A DNA stretch of 63,931 nucleotides, counting the filler, from Octopus bimaculoides (Eukaryota): assembly GCF_001194135.2 (NCBI RefSeq). It is 8 parts of 7 records of this genome, joined end to end, with 100 filler letters (N's around TTAATTAATTAA, not from the genome) between each part and the next. Parts side by side here need not be neighbours in the genome. Positions count along the whole stretch, not along the records: positions 38,221 to 44,590 come from NC_068983.1; positions 44,691 to 57,010 come from NC_068994.1; 6 more parts are not named here. One strand, given 5' to 3'. A program made the translations under genes and the position numbers. The notes under the pieces were generated by a model. That model saw only the letters and a list, made by a program, of their open reading frames with translations, searched no databases and had not been told where the DNA came from. Shown piece by piece: positions 40,081 to 54,800 of the stretch (positions are counted from its first letter, which is position 1; each line of letters opens with the position of its first letter).

Positions 40081-40109
40081 AGATCAGGAGTAGGAGAGAT
40101 GCACACACA

Positions 40110-40191
<82 letters not shown>

Positions 40192-42252
40192 NNNNNNNNN
40201 NNNNNNNNNNNNNNNNNNNNNNNNNNNNNNNNNNNNNNNNNNNNNNNNNNNNNNNNNNNNNNNNNNNNNNNNNNNNNNNNNNNNNNNNNNNNNNNNNNNN
40301 NNNNNNNNNNNNNNNNNNNNNNNNNNNNNNNNNNNNNNNNNNNNNNNNNNNNNNNNNNNNNNNNNNNNNNNNNNNNNNNNNNNNNNNNNNNNNNNNNNNN
40401 NNNNNNNNNNNNNNNNNNNNNNNNNNNNNNNNNNNNNNNNNNNNNNNNNNNNNNNNNNNNNNNNNNNNNNNNNNNNNNNNNNNNNNNNNNNNNNNNNNNN
40501 NNNNNNNNNNNNNNNNNNNNNNNNNNNNNNNNNNNNNNNNNNNNNNNNNNNNNNNNNNNNNNNNNNNNNNNNNNNNNNNNNNNNNNNNNNNNNNNNNNNN
40601 NNNNNNNNNNNNNNNNNNNNNNNNNNNNNNNNNNNNNNNNNNNNNNNNNNNNNNNNNNNNNNNNNNNNNNNNNNNNNNNNNNNNNNNNNNNNNNNNNNNN
40701 NNNNNNNNNNNNNNNNNNNNNNNNNNNNNNNNNNNNNNNNNNNNNNNNNNNNNNNNNNNNNNNNNNNNNNNNNNNNNNNNNNNNNTATATATATATATAT
40801 ACTGAATATATGTAAGAAAGGTTTGAGATTAGGAAATGCATATTTTCTAAACTGTTAGTCATATATTGTAACGGAATTAAAAGAGAATACACGCAGGTAA
40901 ATAGAGAAACAGAAGAAATGCTTTAAAAAACATGGAAACTTAAAATAGAGTCGAAATATAATGAGAAATAGATGAGCTAATCTGAGAATGATTGACAGTA
41001 AAAGTTAATGGGAATTTAATTATATATATATATATATACAAAGATATGAAGATAGCACGGATACATACGCAATGAGATAAATAAGCAGATAGAGAGACTA
41101 AGGAACAAAGAGAGGGTTGATAGATAGATAGATAGATAGATAGATAGACAAGATATATTGATGGATTGATAATAAAATAGCGATGTCGATAGAGTACTTG
41201 GAATCGATTATATATACGAATACGCTTCTAGCATAATAAAGCCGAGTTGTGCTTGGTTTCTAAGCTTTCAACTAGAAAATGAACGGAGTTTATATATAGT
41301 TTATAAGACATTTACATCACTGTCTATGATATTATTCAACGGAATCTATACACTAGATGAGAACTATAAGTTTGTTAATTAAAACAGCACGCTCTTGTGT
41401 GAATTGTTACAAAGAACTGCATTGCTTCACGATGAACTACACTCAGAAACAGGTCAGACTGACATTTTTTGTGTTGTAGTCAATAGCAAAAGATATATGC
41501 AATTGATATTTATTATAGCATCTTATTTAAGGAATCCTTTGTTTCTTTCTACGCACCAGTTTGATCCAGATAGTAATTAGCAGTGATAATTTATTTATTT
41601 CTTCATTTATAACAAACGGTATGTGTACTACGTAAAAAAAATATATGGACTTACTTCAAATCAATAACGCTTATTTCTATCAATTAATTTTTGATCTAAC
41701 TATATATTCATCACTGGAGATGGTGATAAGATTTCTTTTACTTTACGTATAATGTAATCTTTAAAGGAGACGATTTCACTTACTGTGCACAATCTGGCGT
41801 GATAGAGGCTGGAAATATAATTTTCAGACAGCATTTCTCTTTTAATAATGATTATCTCTCCTTGAATTAGTGTACATGTGTGTTATTACCACGTTTCCTT
41901 AGTTTTCATTTGTGATCGAATGAAATATTACTGAAGGAAGATTTCCTTCCATATAAGTAGCAAGGATATAAAGACTTGCTACTAATAGGCACAAGGCCTG
42001 AAATTTTGGTGGAGGTGGCTAATCGATTACATCGACCTCAGTGAGTAGCTGTTAGGTATTTCATCTAACCAAAAGGATGAAACGCAAGGTCTGCCACTTC
42101 TGAATTTCATACCAGAACGTAAGGACGAAAGAAATACCGTTTAGCATTTTGTCTGGTTTGCTAACGATTCTGCCACCACACTGCATTCAGTAGCTATAAC
42201 GTAATAACCTATTTGCTAAGGTATATATAAATAATATACAACAAAATAATTA

Positions 42253-42483
42253 TATTGGACTGTCCGGAAAGTTCGTGCCGATTTATAGTAGCTTACCTTT
42301 CGATTTATTTGCCATGAAACCACCTCAATTCTGGGAAGAGGGTATTTTAAGTTAAAGGAAAGATGGAGACGCATTGTGCAACAAATTGGTTCATATTTGG
42401 TTGATTAAAAATGTAATGGCAAGTATTTATTGACCTTTTTCTTTCTTTTAAAAATCGGCACGAACTTTCCAGACAACCCAATA
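42253..42483. mobile_element. Mariner-type MITE
   Basis: TIRs tattggactgtccggaaagttcgtgccgattt / aaatcggcacgaactttccagacaacccaata. Confidence 0.8.
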
Positions 42484-45400
42484 TTTTATGTTTGCACTGT
42501 TGAATTTTATCATTTTACTGGAGATAGATACCGGGTGCATACAAAAATAACTACTTCATCTGACAGGGAACATGAAAATAGCAATAGGAGATATTTCTCA
42601 ATATTTCAGTTTGGTACTTTTTAAACTATAGGAAAATATATACCATAGCCTCCATTTTTCTCGTGGAGTTTTAAAGCAGGGCTGTATAATGTTGAAGAAT
42701 ACGACTTAAATCTATGATTGGCTAATATATTGACCACAGTATTCTAGTTAAATACTCTAAACAAAGAGAAAAATTGGGAAGCGATATATTACGCCGTAAC
42801 AAAAGAAAAGGCATAAACAAAAAAACCGGTAGTGTTAGCAAAATTGTCGATAACAATATCATAGTGTTCGGTATTCAGTGAGTAGTTTTCTTCTTTCAAA
42901 TAAAATCTATTGAAACTCGTCTTCGATTGTTAAGATCAACAATTCCATTTATTAAATCACGTAGAATTGAAAGGCTCGCGTATTCCTAGAATATGTTTAT
43001 ACAATAATCTGTGAATTACAAAAGAAACTTCTAAGAACTAATGTTGATTCATGGAAATCAGGAATATATATGTAACTATGGTAACGGATCTTGTAGGTCG
43101 GTCAGTAAAATATTCCCTTGTAAATGGTATATATTTGGTAAGTGAAAGAAGTGATGGCAATATGTATGTGTTAAAGAGAGGAGCAGAGAAAAAAAAATTC
43201 TGTGATCATAAAGCTAAAACAGAATTAGGTGAAGAAAATAAAGAGAAAGAAATAGATGAAGGATGCTAAAGTATTGAAAAAGAAAGAAAGCAGAGCAGTG
43301 GTGGGTGAATATATGATACAGAGAGTTATGAAAAAGGAAGACAATAAACACAATCACCGGGTAGGCAAACACAAATGCGAGCATTTTAAGAAGCATGTAC
43401 AATATTAATACAAACAAAATATTCAGCACTTTATTCATACCGATTAATATAGACAGACAGATAGACATCCGTTTGCGAAGGCGTTTTTACATGTTTTTCG
43501 TCTTTTTTTTTATTTACTAATATTAATTATTTCTACTCTAGGCACAAGGCCTAGAACATTTTCGGGGAAGGGATCTAGTCGATTATATCGACCCCAGTGC
43601 GTAACTGGTACTTATTTCATCGAAGGGATGACTTTTTTAACTGAATCTGAACTCAGAACAGACTGGCAGACTGAATACAGCTAAGTATTTCGCCCGGCGT
43701 ACTCACGATTCTGCCAGCACGCTGCCTTCGTTACTAATATTCTTTTCTATTCGAGGCATACGGTCCGAAATTTTTGGTGAGGGGGCCCAGTCGATTAGAT
43801 CGACCCCAGTACGCAAATGGTACTTAATTTATCGACCCTGAAAGGATGAAAGGCAATGTCGATCTCGGCGAAATTTGAACTCAGAACTTAAAGACAAACG
43901 AAACACCGTTAATAATTAATTTAAAGATAATCATTTCTTTACTTTGAATTTTACGGGGTAGGGATACATTCGAAGGTAGAACGTTGCTATTGAGAGACAC
44001 GGTGTCTATGTTAAGAAGTAGAGATGGGATCCACAGAGAACCAGCTTCATTTTGATGTATGATACATGTTCCTGTGTGTGTGTAATTATACCTGTCCTAA
44101 ACAAAATGGCTTTACTCTTTGACTCACCCTCGTATTACAGCTTCTTCGGGATTTCTAAATGAAGAGCGCGTGAATTTGGGCAAGCATTTAAACACATGGA
44201 AAATATTATTTTCTACTCTAGGCACAAGGCCCGAATGTTTTGGGGAGTGGGTCGTACTGGTACGCAACTGATACTTACCTTATCGATTCCGAACAGATGA
44301 AAGGCAGAGTCGACCTCGGCGGAATTTGAATTCAGAACGTAAAGAGACGAAACAGCGCTAAGCATTTCGCACGCCGTGCTAACGTTTCTGCCAGATCGCC
44401 GCCTTTAAACACATGACAAGTATTGCCAGCTCCTAGTACATTACATCTGACAGCTGAACCAGCTATAAACCAATGTATTTGACTACGCAAACGTAGAAAA
44501 TATATATGCCTATACAGTTCTATATTTAAGAGATGAGGAATTATTTACATTATTTACGGATATTTGTCCTCATCTTTTTTGTTGTTAACANNNNNNNNNN
44601 NNNNNNNNNNNNNNNNNNNNNNNNNNNNNNNNNNTTAATTAATTAANNNNNNNNNNNNNNNNNNNNNNNNNNNNNNNNNNNNNNNNNNNNAACTAATTTA
44701 GAGACGAACCACCACTCTACAACTCAGAACCCGTCCAAATCCATGCTGTGAGGCATATACCATCTTAATATATCTAAGATTAAAATCTAAAAATTTAAAT
44801 TAAATAATATATTACATAAATAAATCATAGAAATATTAATTTAAAAAATTTTAAAGTTAAAATTATAAATTGGACAGTAAAGATTAACACGATAATATAC
44901 AGTATAGAAGTATAGATGTAAAAAGTTAGTGCTAGTATATAGACTAGGCGCGTTTCATGGCTGAAATAGGACTATATAAAATCATAAGCAAATTCTATCC
45001 GAGTTCATTAGAACGGGGAAATGATTTTATTCCCCAAATCAGTCACTATTCAGGTCAAACCCCTAAGAAAATACCTAAAATCATTCAAGGAATAAACATA
45101 AACATGAGAAATAGAAATATATATATAGAAACAAAATCTGTAAACTAATCCCTACATTAACGGTATTAATTCAATCATTAAGAGTTACAATCTAAAAATA
45201 TTGAAAAAGTGTATTATAGCTAACAAGGTTAAAACATCATGGAAATAATATTTATATTTATATGATATATCATTAAAATTTATAATTTTATATTAAAATT
45301 TTAGATAAATATTGATATGGTATATGCCTCAGAGCATGGATTTGAACAGGTTCTTGGTTGACTGAGTTGTAGAGTGGTGGTTCGTCTCTAAATTAATTAT

Positions 45401-45496
45401 ATGCATATATATTATATATTATGAAACCCGGTGTAATATTATACCGATTTTTGCTTGTAAGGTTGGAATAAATTTTTTATTCCCTAATATTATTAC

Positions 45497-45570
<74 letters not shown>

Positions 45571-45844
45571 NNNNNNNNNNNNNNNNNNNNNNNNNNNNNN
45601 NNNNNNNNNNNNNNNNNNNNNNNNNNNNNNNNNNNNNNNNNNNNNNNNNNNNNNNNNNNNNNNNNNNNNNNNNNNNNNNNNNNNNNNNNNNNNNNNNNNN
45701 NNNNNNNNNNNNNNNNNNNNNNNNNNNNNNNNNNNNNNNNNNNNNNNNNNNNNNNNNNNNNNNNNNNNNNNNNNNNNNNNNNNNNNNNNNNNNNNNNNNN
45801 NNNNNNNNNNNNNNNNNNNNNNNNNNNNNNNNNNNNNNNNNNNN

Positions 45845-45877
<33 letters not shown>

Positions 45878-46759
45878 CAAATATATATATGTGAATATGC
45901 TCCGGAATGATAGATATAGTCTTATCGTTAAAAGCATGAAACTAGGTGTTAGTATTTTTCGGTTGATGACTTATGAAGAATTAGGGTCCTGGTGTCTGTC
46001 TTACATGTACATTTTGTAGTATTTATTGCATTTTTCATTTATGGAATAACTGGACCCCACACATCCCGACTTTTGTTAACAGTAAATTTGTATATGTTTT
46101 GTGACTCTTTCTTTCTCTCTCTCTTCTCCTAATATTCCTTTTCTAGCATCCCTACTTCCTCTCTCCCTCTCTCTCATCTTCTCGCACTTAATTGTAGACT
46201 TTCTCCCTTCCTTTCCCTGTTCTTTCTCTTACACTCTCTCAGTCTCTCTGCCACTCTTTGCCACTCTTTCTCTCTCTGCCACTCTCTCCCTTTCTCTGCC
46301 ACTCTCTCTCACTCCCTCCTTCCCCTCTATCTGCTACCCACACATGACTGGTGACTGATTTTCTGTTTCCTGCCTTTTCGTCACTGGATGCCGAGCATGC
46401 TGGTCAACTTTTTTCTCCTCTCTTCTCAATTCTATTCTTTATATCCATTTGAGGATTTCTTCCAGATGTTAATCCATTATTCTCATGTTTGGTCCTAAGG
46501 CTTTATTTATTTATTGCCTTTATCTATTGTTTCAAATTACTGTTGTTCATTTTTGTATGTCCATCCTGTGTTATTTTGTTTACTTGAGCCCTGATTCTAC
46601 ACGAATCTTGCAGCTGCCACCGATATACAAAGTTCCTAATCTTATCGTTAAAGGCATGAAACTAAGGTATTAGAATTTTCGGTTGATAACTGATGAAGAA
46701 TTAGGATGCTAGTGTCTGTCCTACATGTACATTTTGTCGTATTTAATGTATTTTTCATT

Positions 46760-46853
<94 letters not shown>

Positions 46854-47399
46854 TGTGCATTAAAGAAAGAAAAAATAAAGCAAAAGGCTAAATGTGTATA
46901 TGTAAAAGAATTCAGTGCTCAGTATTTTGGCTACAAAAATTTCTGTCGAAGAGACATGGTTAAACAATTAAAAGTTCAATTACTTTTCATAATGGTTTGG
47001 TTTGGTTGAAGTGTTTGTATTTGTTTGAATGTATGCATATGTACGTTTATGCTAGTATGTGTATGATTCTACATATATGTATTTTTTAGTGTGTGGTGAA
47101 TTGTATACATACACACATACCTGCGTATGTGTGTGTGTGTACAGTTAGAGAGAGAGAGAGAGAGAGAATGGGGAGATGAAATAAAATTTTTTGTCTCGTG
47201 TTCAAAAGAGAAACTCTCTTTGCAATGACACCCATTCAGGTTTTTGGACAAGCACAAACACACACACACACACACACATGCATGGGGCCATAGTAGGAGA
47301 TATTTGTTGTCACACAGTGGTGCTAAACCCAGAACGATATAGCTAAGAAACAGGTTTCTTGCTACACTAGAAAAATATAAAAGGTAAGTATACAACCAG

Positions 47400-47707
47400 C
47401 TTCCATTGAAAATGAAATGAGGAAGATTTGAAAGAAGCCATAGAAATGAAATGCCAACTGGGCAAACAATGTGAATGGTTGAAAAAGGACAGTGGTATAA
47501 GTACTTGGGAATGCTGAAAGCAGAAGAGATAAAAAAATGAAGAAATGAAACAAACTACCAGTAGGAAGTACATAAGGGGAGTCAGAAAATTATTGCAGTC
47601 AAAGCTGAATTCAAAAAATATTATTGAAATAATAAATTCTAGAGCAGTAACCTTAATACCGCTAAGCATTTCATCCAGCATGCTAACGATTCTGCCAGCT
47701 CACCACC

Positions 47708-47782
<75 letters not shown>

Positions 47783-48420
47783 TCAAAGCTTACCAACCAG
47801 AAACTACCATGCGAATGTCCTTAAAGATGGATCTGATCCCTTGTGCAGAATTTGCAGAAAATTCACAGAGTCAATTGATCATGTTGTTTCTGGCTGCCCA
47901 ATCCTCACTGAAAAGGAGTATCTCATAAGAAATATCAGACTGGGGCAGTACATCAACTGGAATGCTTGTAAATACTACAAAATTAAATCCCATGATAAGT
48001 GGTACAGGCACCATCCAGAGGATGTAGTAAATGGTGAGGGTGTCACCATCCTTTAGAACTTGCTAATACAAACACATTGACTCTAATCAACCAGACATTG
48101 TGATCAAGGAAACAACAGAGGAACTTGTCTGTTAATAGATATGTCTGTCCCACAAGATCAAAATGTCTCAAGAAAGAAATACAAAAAGCTTTCTCACTAT
48201 AACGATCTGCAAATTGAAATCACAAAGATGTGGAAGCTTAGTACTATGATAATACCAATAGTGACTGTTGCGTTGGAAAAGATAAAGAAGGGAGCTGAGA
48301 AGTATATTAAGCAACTTCCTGGTAACTCCAATCTCTGTGAACTACAAAAGATGACCTTGATGGGTACAGCCCATATACTTCGGAAAGCACTCCCCATCTA
48401 AAATGGATTACATGTAATGA
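47400..48420 (+). mobile_element. R4/Dong-like non-LTR retrotransposon 3' fragment (RT end, CCHC knuckle, restriction-like endonuclease)
   Basis: YKYLG; RKYIRGVRKLLQSKLNSKNIIEIINSRAV; CRICRKFTESIDHVVSGC; PDIVIK...LLIDMSVPQDQN...YNDLQIEITKMWKL. Interrupted by a SINE piece and (AAT)n. Confidence 0.8.
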
Positions 48421-49529
48421 TAATTTTAGCATGCATAGCAAAACAAAAGTACCCTTGCTACTCTTAGCCTTTGGAGGATGCCTGATACTAAGGCAGCTGA
48501 AAAAAAGTTATAATGAAAGGAAACCATAATGATAATCATTGGGCCCCAACTGCAAGGTCATGTGTGGTTTATCTTAATATGAGATCACCATGTTGTGTGC
48601 ATACGGTTGTGATGTACATGCCTGGTGTATCCATATCAGACAGGTACGCATGATGGGTATACTTGGCTTTGTATATTTTACCCCAGTGTCACTTTGATGG
48701 CAGGCACTGCTCTCTTACACAATAATACTAATAATAAATAAGAGTTTTTCGTTTTGGCGCAAGGCCAACAATTTTAGAGGAGAGGATAAGTGAATCACAT
48801 TGACCTCAATAAATAATTGGTACTTATTTATCGACCTCTGGTAAGCAAAGTCAACCTTGGTAGAATTTGAACTCAGCACATAAAAATGGATGAAATACTG
48901 CTAAGCATTTTGCCTGGTGTGGTAATGATTCTGCCCGCTCATTGCCTAATATCACCAATAATAATAATAATAATAATAATAAAAATGATAATAATGATAA
49001 TGATAACGATAGCAAACAAGATGCATAATCCAAAAGCTTGATGTTCATAGAATCTATGCTCCACAGAAAGAGGGTAGTAGTGGCCCCATCTTGCTAGAAT
49101 TATCTTACAAGACCACCACAATAAAGATAAAAGAAAAGACCTTCGATCACGAATGACCATGGGATTGTACCTAGAAAGTTCCCCTCTGAGACACAAGTCT
49201 GGGCAAGGTTGTTTATGGAAAACCAGCAGTCGCTCATGCATATCAACTTCTTCTCTCCATGCCACTAATGTTATCCAAGGGAAAGGCAAAAGTTGATACA
49301 ACTTTGCACCTGTGATGTTGCAACTCATTTCTACAGGTGAGTGAGCTGGAGCAACATGAAATAAAGTGTCTTGCTCAAGAACACAACACACTGCCTGGTC
49401 TGGGAATCGAACTCACTACTTCATGATTGTGAGCCTTGCATGCTAACCACTGAGCCATGCCCCATCACTGCCTACCACAACTGGACTTAATTTATACATC
49501 CAGAATAACAGTGACTGAATTATACAAGT

Positions 49530-50320
49530 TGTAAATCAACACGAAAGGAACAAAAATGCAGCACAGAAGTATAAAAGAGGACTAAACTTAGATGTAAATG
49601 ATAATGCCAAAACTGCCAATAGAAGCAGCAAAACACAACACACAAAATGCTAAAAAAAACCTGAGAAAGCTTATAAACAAATGACAAGAGAAACCGCTCA
49701 GTGGTCAATATCCCAAATGAACAACTGAAGCAGATATAGATAAAGAAAGAGCACATCAGTGATTGTGCAGTTCAGGTCTACAGGCAGAAGCTGAAGGTTT
49801 TATAATGACAGCTCAGGATCAATCTCTACTCAAGAAACTACCAAGCAGATGTTCTCCACAATTATGCTGATCCAAACTGTAGGCTATGTGATAATAATAT
49901 TGAAACCATAGACTGAATAGGGCTGTACCTATATTGGAACATTTGTGTCATTATGACATTCCCCTTCCTAAAAACTGAGCCTCACCAGAAACCAGTCACA
50001 GGTAGATAATAGACCTGATATTATTATCGACAATCATCACCAAAATGCCTACTATCTAATAGATATGATAGAAATATCTCAGTCAAGGAATTTGAAAAGT
50101 TAACTGAATACAAGGACTTAGGGATAGAAATCAGCAGAATGTGGGAATAGAAAACAGTTACTCTACTGGTAGTAGTAGGAGTACTAGGCATGGTTAAAAA
50201 GGGTCTTCAATCTTCATTGATAAAATATCAGGAAAATCAAATATACACAATGTTCAAAAGATTGCACTTACCTCAATAGCTCATCTCTTGAGAAAATTCT
50301 TATTGTTATAATTTAGTTAC
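49530..50320 (+). mobile_element. Second, more decayed R4/Dong-like 3' fragment
   Basis: Frameshifted remnants AQDQSL, CRLCDNNIETI, NRPDIII and YKDLGIEISRMW. Confidence 0.65.
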
Positions 50321-51566
50321 TGGCCTTAGGCCTCAGGTAGAGACCCAGCTAGTAACTAAAATGCCCAGAAATCAAGCTAAATAATAATAATGATGATGAT
50401 GATGATAACAAGAGCACTCAGAGAGTGCAAACCTCCGCCAAGGCAACATCAACATCCTCTCGACAATTAGCCAGAGATAATTTTTAAAACGAGAATATCT
50501 GAAATAAACTCAACACGCTCACAAATGAGAATACTAAAAATGAACCTGACCATTCTCAAAAATTAAGTAAAAAAAAAAAAACGGAAAAATAATCCAGAAT
50601 CCTTGTCCGGTACATGATCGATCCCAATAGTAGTCGTCGAATGTGAAGGTGAGTGTGCAGGCCGTGTTTGTAATGCTGTGTGTGTGTTGTCTGCAGTGGG
50701 AACAGGGACAGTTGTCTCTATGAAGGCCTTTTTTTAGTCTATTCACTGACATGGTATCTTTACAACCATGAAGGTCTACAGTGAAAAATTTATCTGTTCA
50801 TGAATGAAAACGGAAAGGACCTGCATACAGTGCTGTTAACAGAGGTTTAACAACATCGTTGTGCACAAAAACGTAAGTCCAAGGAATAAAGCTTCCTTCA
50901 AGGCAGAACTAGAAATGCAATTGTCAAGTAGGTAAGAGGTTTTAAACAGGAGCAATATATTTAAAATTGGTAAAACTAAAATTTGTCGAGGATAAATTAA
51001 ATCTATTATTGTTACTGAACATGTTAGTGTTATTTAATTTCTGAACGGTTTTGCTGTAGTTTGATTTCTTTATCCATCAGTTTCTACTATGATAGAGATG
51101 CAAGTAAAATTAATAAGAGAGAAACGAAAATAAAACTTTGAAAGCAGCAATGCCACTATAACCTAGGTGGAAACCATGAGCGTACTTTCAAGGGAGATAA
51201 TCAGAGAAAGACATGAAAGTGAATGTAAGATCATAATACTTCATATAAAGTAAAGTAAATATAATAAATAATTCAGAATCCTTGTCCAGTACCAGATTGA
51301 TCCCAAAATCTAATCAGTTTGTGCCAGTCACAAGGCCAAACATCCCTGGAAGTTTCATCTGAATCCATCCAGCAGTTCTTGAGATATCTTGTCCACGGAC
51401 AAACAAACAAACATGACTGAAATAATAATAATAATAATAATAATGATTTCATTTATTTGCCACCAGGGTGAAGGATGAGGGGCACAATACGCAGACAGAT
51501 TTAAAGTTTGGGGGTTTACATATGGAATGATAAAAAAATGGACAGTATACATGGTATACATTAGAG

Positions 51567-51868
51567 CAGTGGTTCCCAAACTTTTCGGGCTGCTGTCCCT
51601 TTGACATCCAGGCCACATTCCTAGCGCCCCCACCCCAACTAACCATCACAAACAGATCTCTTCTGAAGCAAATTCAAAGCAACTGTATTTTGCAAATAAA
51701 ACTTAACCTAATGAACCCATTAGTTTTTTTTTTTTTTTACATGAATTGCTACCCTATTATCGTCCCACTTTTTACATGAATCACTATCCCAATATTGACT
51801 CACTTTTCTTCAACGCCCCCTGGGAACTTTCCACTATCCCCAGGGGAGCAATACCTTGGGAACCACTG
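51567..51868. mobile_element. hAT-type MITE
   Basis: TIRs CAGTGGTTCCCAA / TTGGGAACCACTG, with 8-bp TSD cattagag / cattagaa (7 of 8 match). Confidence 0.85.
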
Positions 51869-51879
51869 CATTAGAAGAA

Positions 51880-54800
51880 GGGATGTATACATAGAATACA
51901 ACACTAGAAGAAGAGGGGAAAAAAACTAAGAGATAGTGATGAGGTCCCCCTGATGCAGGAGGACCTCTGGGGACAATCAAGGAATCCCACCATCCAAAAT
52001 CACCCTGAGTACCAAGGACGAGTACTCTCTCCAACTTCTTTCTTCCGACTCACAGGTCTANNNNNNNNNNNNNNNNNNNNNNNNNNNNNNNNNNNNNNNN
52101 NNNNNNNNNNNNNNNNCACCCACCCTTTGATAAATTCACTCGAGGTCAGCACCTCCCTCTCCACCCTCACTTTCCTTTTCAAGTAAAACTTGAAAAAGTT
52201 GATGAGGGCTTTACCAAAGAGGAATGTTTCTGTCCTCATTCCTTTCAACCTCGTCCACCAGACAACCTCTTTTGCCACAGCTACCAAAGGAAAACTGCCT
52301 TGCCTGCCTGAGTAAAGGGTGGGGGGCAGCGGGGCAATCATTATTATGGACTCAGCATTACAGCAGCTGTTCGACATAACTCCACAAGTTAGCAATGCTT
52401 GAACACTGAATGAGTGCATGCAGAATGGTTTTGTCGCTTTGCAAGCACCTTGTAGAGTACAGTGAGTGCCTGATGATATTTTAAGTGCCAGGCGCCAAGT
52501 CTCAGCCTATCCTTTACTATTTGAACTGCAGCTCCATCAAGGAAATGAGCTGAAGAAAGGTGTGCCTCACAAAGGGAACCCAAATGCATTCACCTTCTAG
52601 AAATCATTGCAGGTGGCACAACCTGAGTGTGTCTGCACACCAAAAGCCATGGCATACTTAAGCCGTCATGCAGGGGTAGTTGGCAGAGGACTGACTGCCT
52701 GACCATTGGAATGTGTCCCTCCCATAAGAAAATAAACAGGATACGCTCTAATCTAAACAAGCAGTAACTGGGGCAAGGCACAATTGTCAGACAATAAATA
52801 ATGACAGAGACGATGTAGGCATTTGCCACCTCTACCTGACCTTTCAGGGACAACTTCCTCACTGCCCATTTCTGGGTAAGACAGGCCACCCTGTTCATCA
52901 CCTCTTCCCAATTCTTGTCCACCTGGTGGTTGGGACTGAACCAAACTCCGAGCAGTTTAACTGGTCCGTCAGTCCAGCGTCTGATGCCAGCATCTGATGG
53001 TATCAGTTTACCTTTCCAGGTATCCAGTTGCAATCCCACTGACTTGTTGGTGTTGATTTTGGCTCCTGCAACCGACTCATATTCCCTTACAATGGAGCCA
53101 ACCATCTCCAATTCAAAGGCGTCCAACGCCATGATGGTGGTATCCTCTGTGTATGCCAATAATGCCCTTCTGAGTCCAATTTCGAAAGGGAGGCCTCTTA
53201 ACTGTTCCAACTTCCGCAGTAGTGATTTGAGAGCCAGCACAGAAGAGGTGACAGCAGGCAGCCCTGATGGACCAAACATGCAATACTAAATGGTTCTGAC
53301 AGGTGGCCATTTACTTTGACCACTGAGTGAGTGCCACTGTTCATTGCAGCAATCCAGCCTCTGAAAACTGGTCTGAAACCGGTTGCTTTAAGGACGGCTT
53401 CCAAGTAGTGATGGTTGACCCTTTCAAAAGCTTTCAACTGATCTAAATTGATCAGGGCCTCACCAAAGTTAACTTTAGTCCCAGCCCTCTCCACAATGTA
53501 TCACATAAGGTGGGGGTTGGGATTGTGCGCATTTGTGCCTCCTCAACCAGACTACCGGCGACAAGTGCCAATCTTTTCACTAACACCTTGACCAAAATCT
53601 TAAACTCTGTGTTTAACAGAGTTATGGGCTGAAAATTCCCCAGCATGTACCTATCTTTGGCACCCTTTCTTAGCAGTGTTACCACACCCTGGCTAAAAGC
53701 ACTGGAAATTCTCCTGTTCTGCTGTAGATGTTTGCCAAAAGGCTGCCAAACAAATCTGGCATGGATATATAGATTTCATAGGGTAGACTATCGAAACTGG
53801 GTGATTTGTGACTTGTGCAATCACTCATTGCTTCCCGTATTTCAGTAGCTGTGATTGGCTTTTCACAGAATCTTGCATCCATTACCGAGAGCCATGGTAG
53901 GCCATTCAGGTACCAAGTAAAGTCCACTACCGTTGTCAACCTATCACCTTCCCCAAACAGTCGCACAATGTGCTGCTGAAAAGCCATACACATCTGCTCA
54001 GAACTGAGTAGCATGTGCCCGTCCTGATCTGTCAAAGACTTGATTGTGATTTTGTTTCCACATCACATCTCTACCATTCGGGTGGCTTTATTTCCTTCAT
54101 GTTTTAGTGCATGAGCCTTAGCTCTGAAAACGCACCATTCGTGTTTTGCCTCAAAGAAATGGTCAAGGGCCATTCTCACTGCTAACACATTGGTTGCGAT
54201 GCCTTTACTAGTAGCCTCTTCTAGTTTGCTAACTAGTTCTCCTCTAATCTATTTCTTTCTATTGCTAAATCATTACTAAACACTATCGATTTTACTCTAA
54301 TTACTCTCTTCAGAGCAATCCACCACTGGTTGTTGATGATTGCCCCCGTCAACTGCCACTTAACTAGTTTGCTAATCAGGTCCCTGTAGGCTTTGCGAGC
54401 TGGTAAGGATGCATACAACTTCCAGTAACCAGGTCACTGTCTACATGTCCTATCTAAATTGACTGTGTATATCACAAATTTGTGATCTGTGTAATCGACC
54501 AATTTAAATTGTGGACAGTTTATTTTATTCCTATCCTCTGACTTAATAAATACTCTATCTAAATATGATCTGGATGACCCGCTGTGGTTGCCCGTTGTCA
54601 ATACTGGCACATCAGGGAAATCCAGTAGGTACCTGTCAGAAAGCTGGAAAGTCCTAAGCACTTTTATGAGGCTTTTACACCCACTTCTGATATGTACTAA
54701 ACCCACACATTCTGTGCATCCAAAATATTCCAGTCCCTCACTAGTACTAAAGTGCGAGAAGATAGCCCATACTTGGAGATCTAAGGATTTCCAGAGCAGC

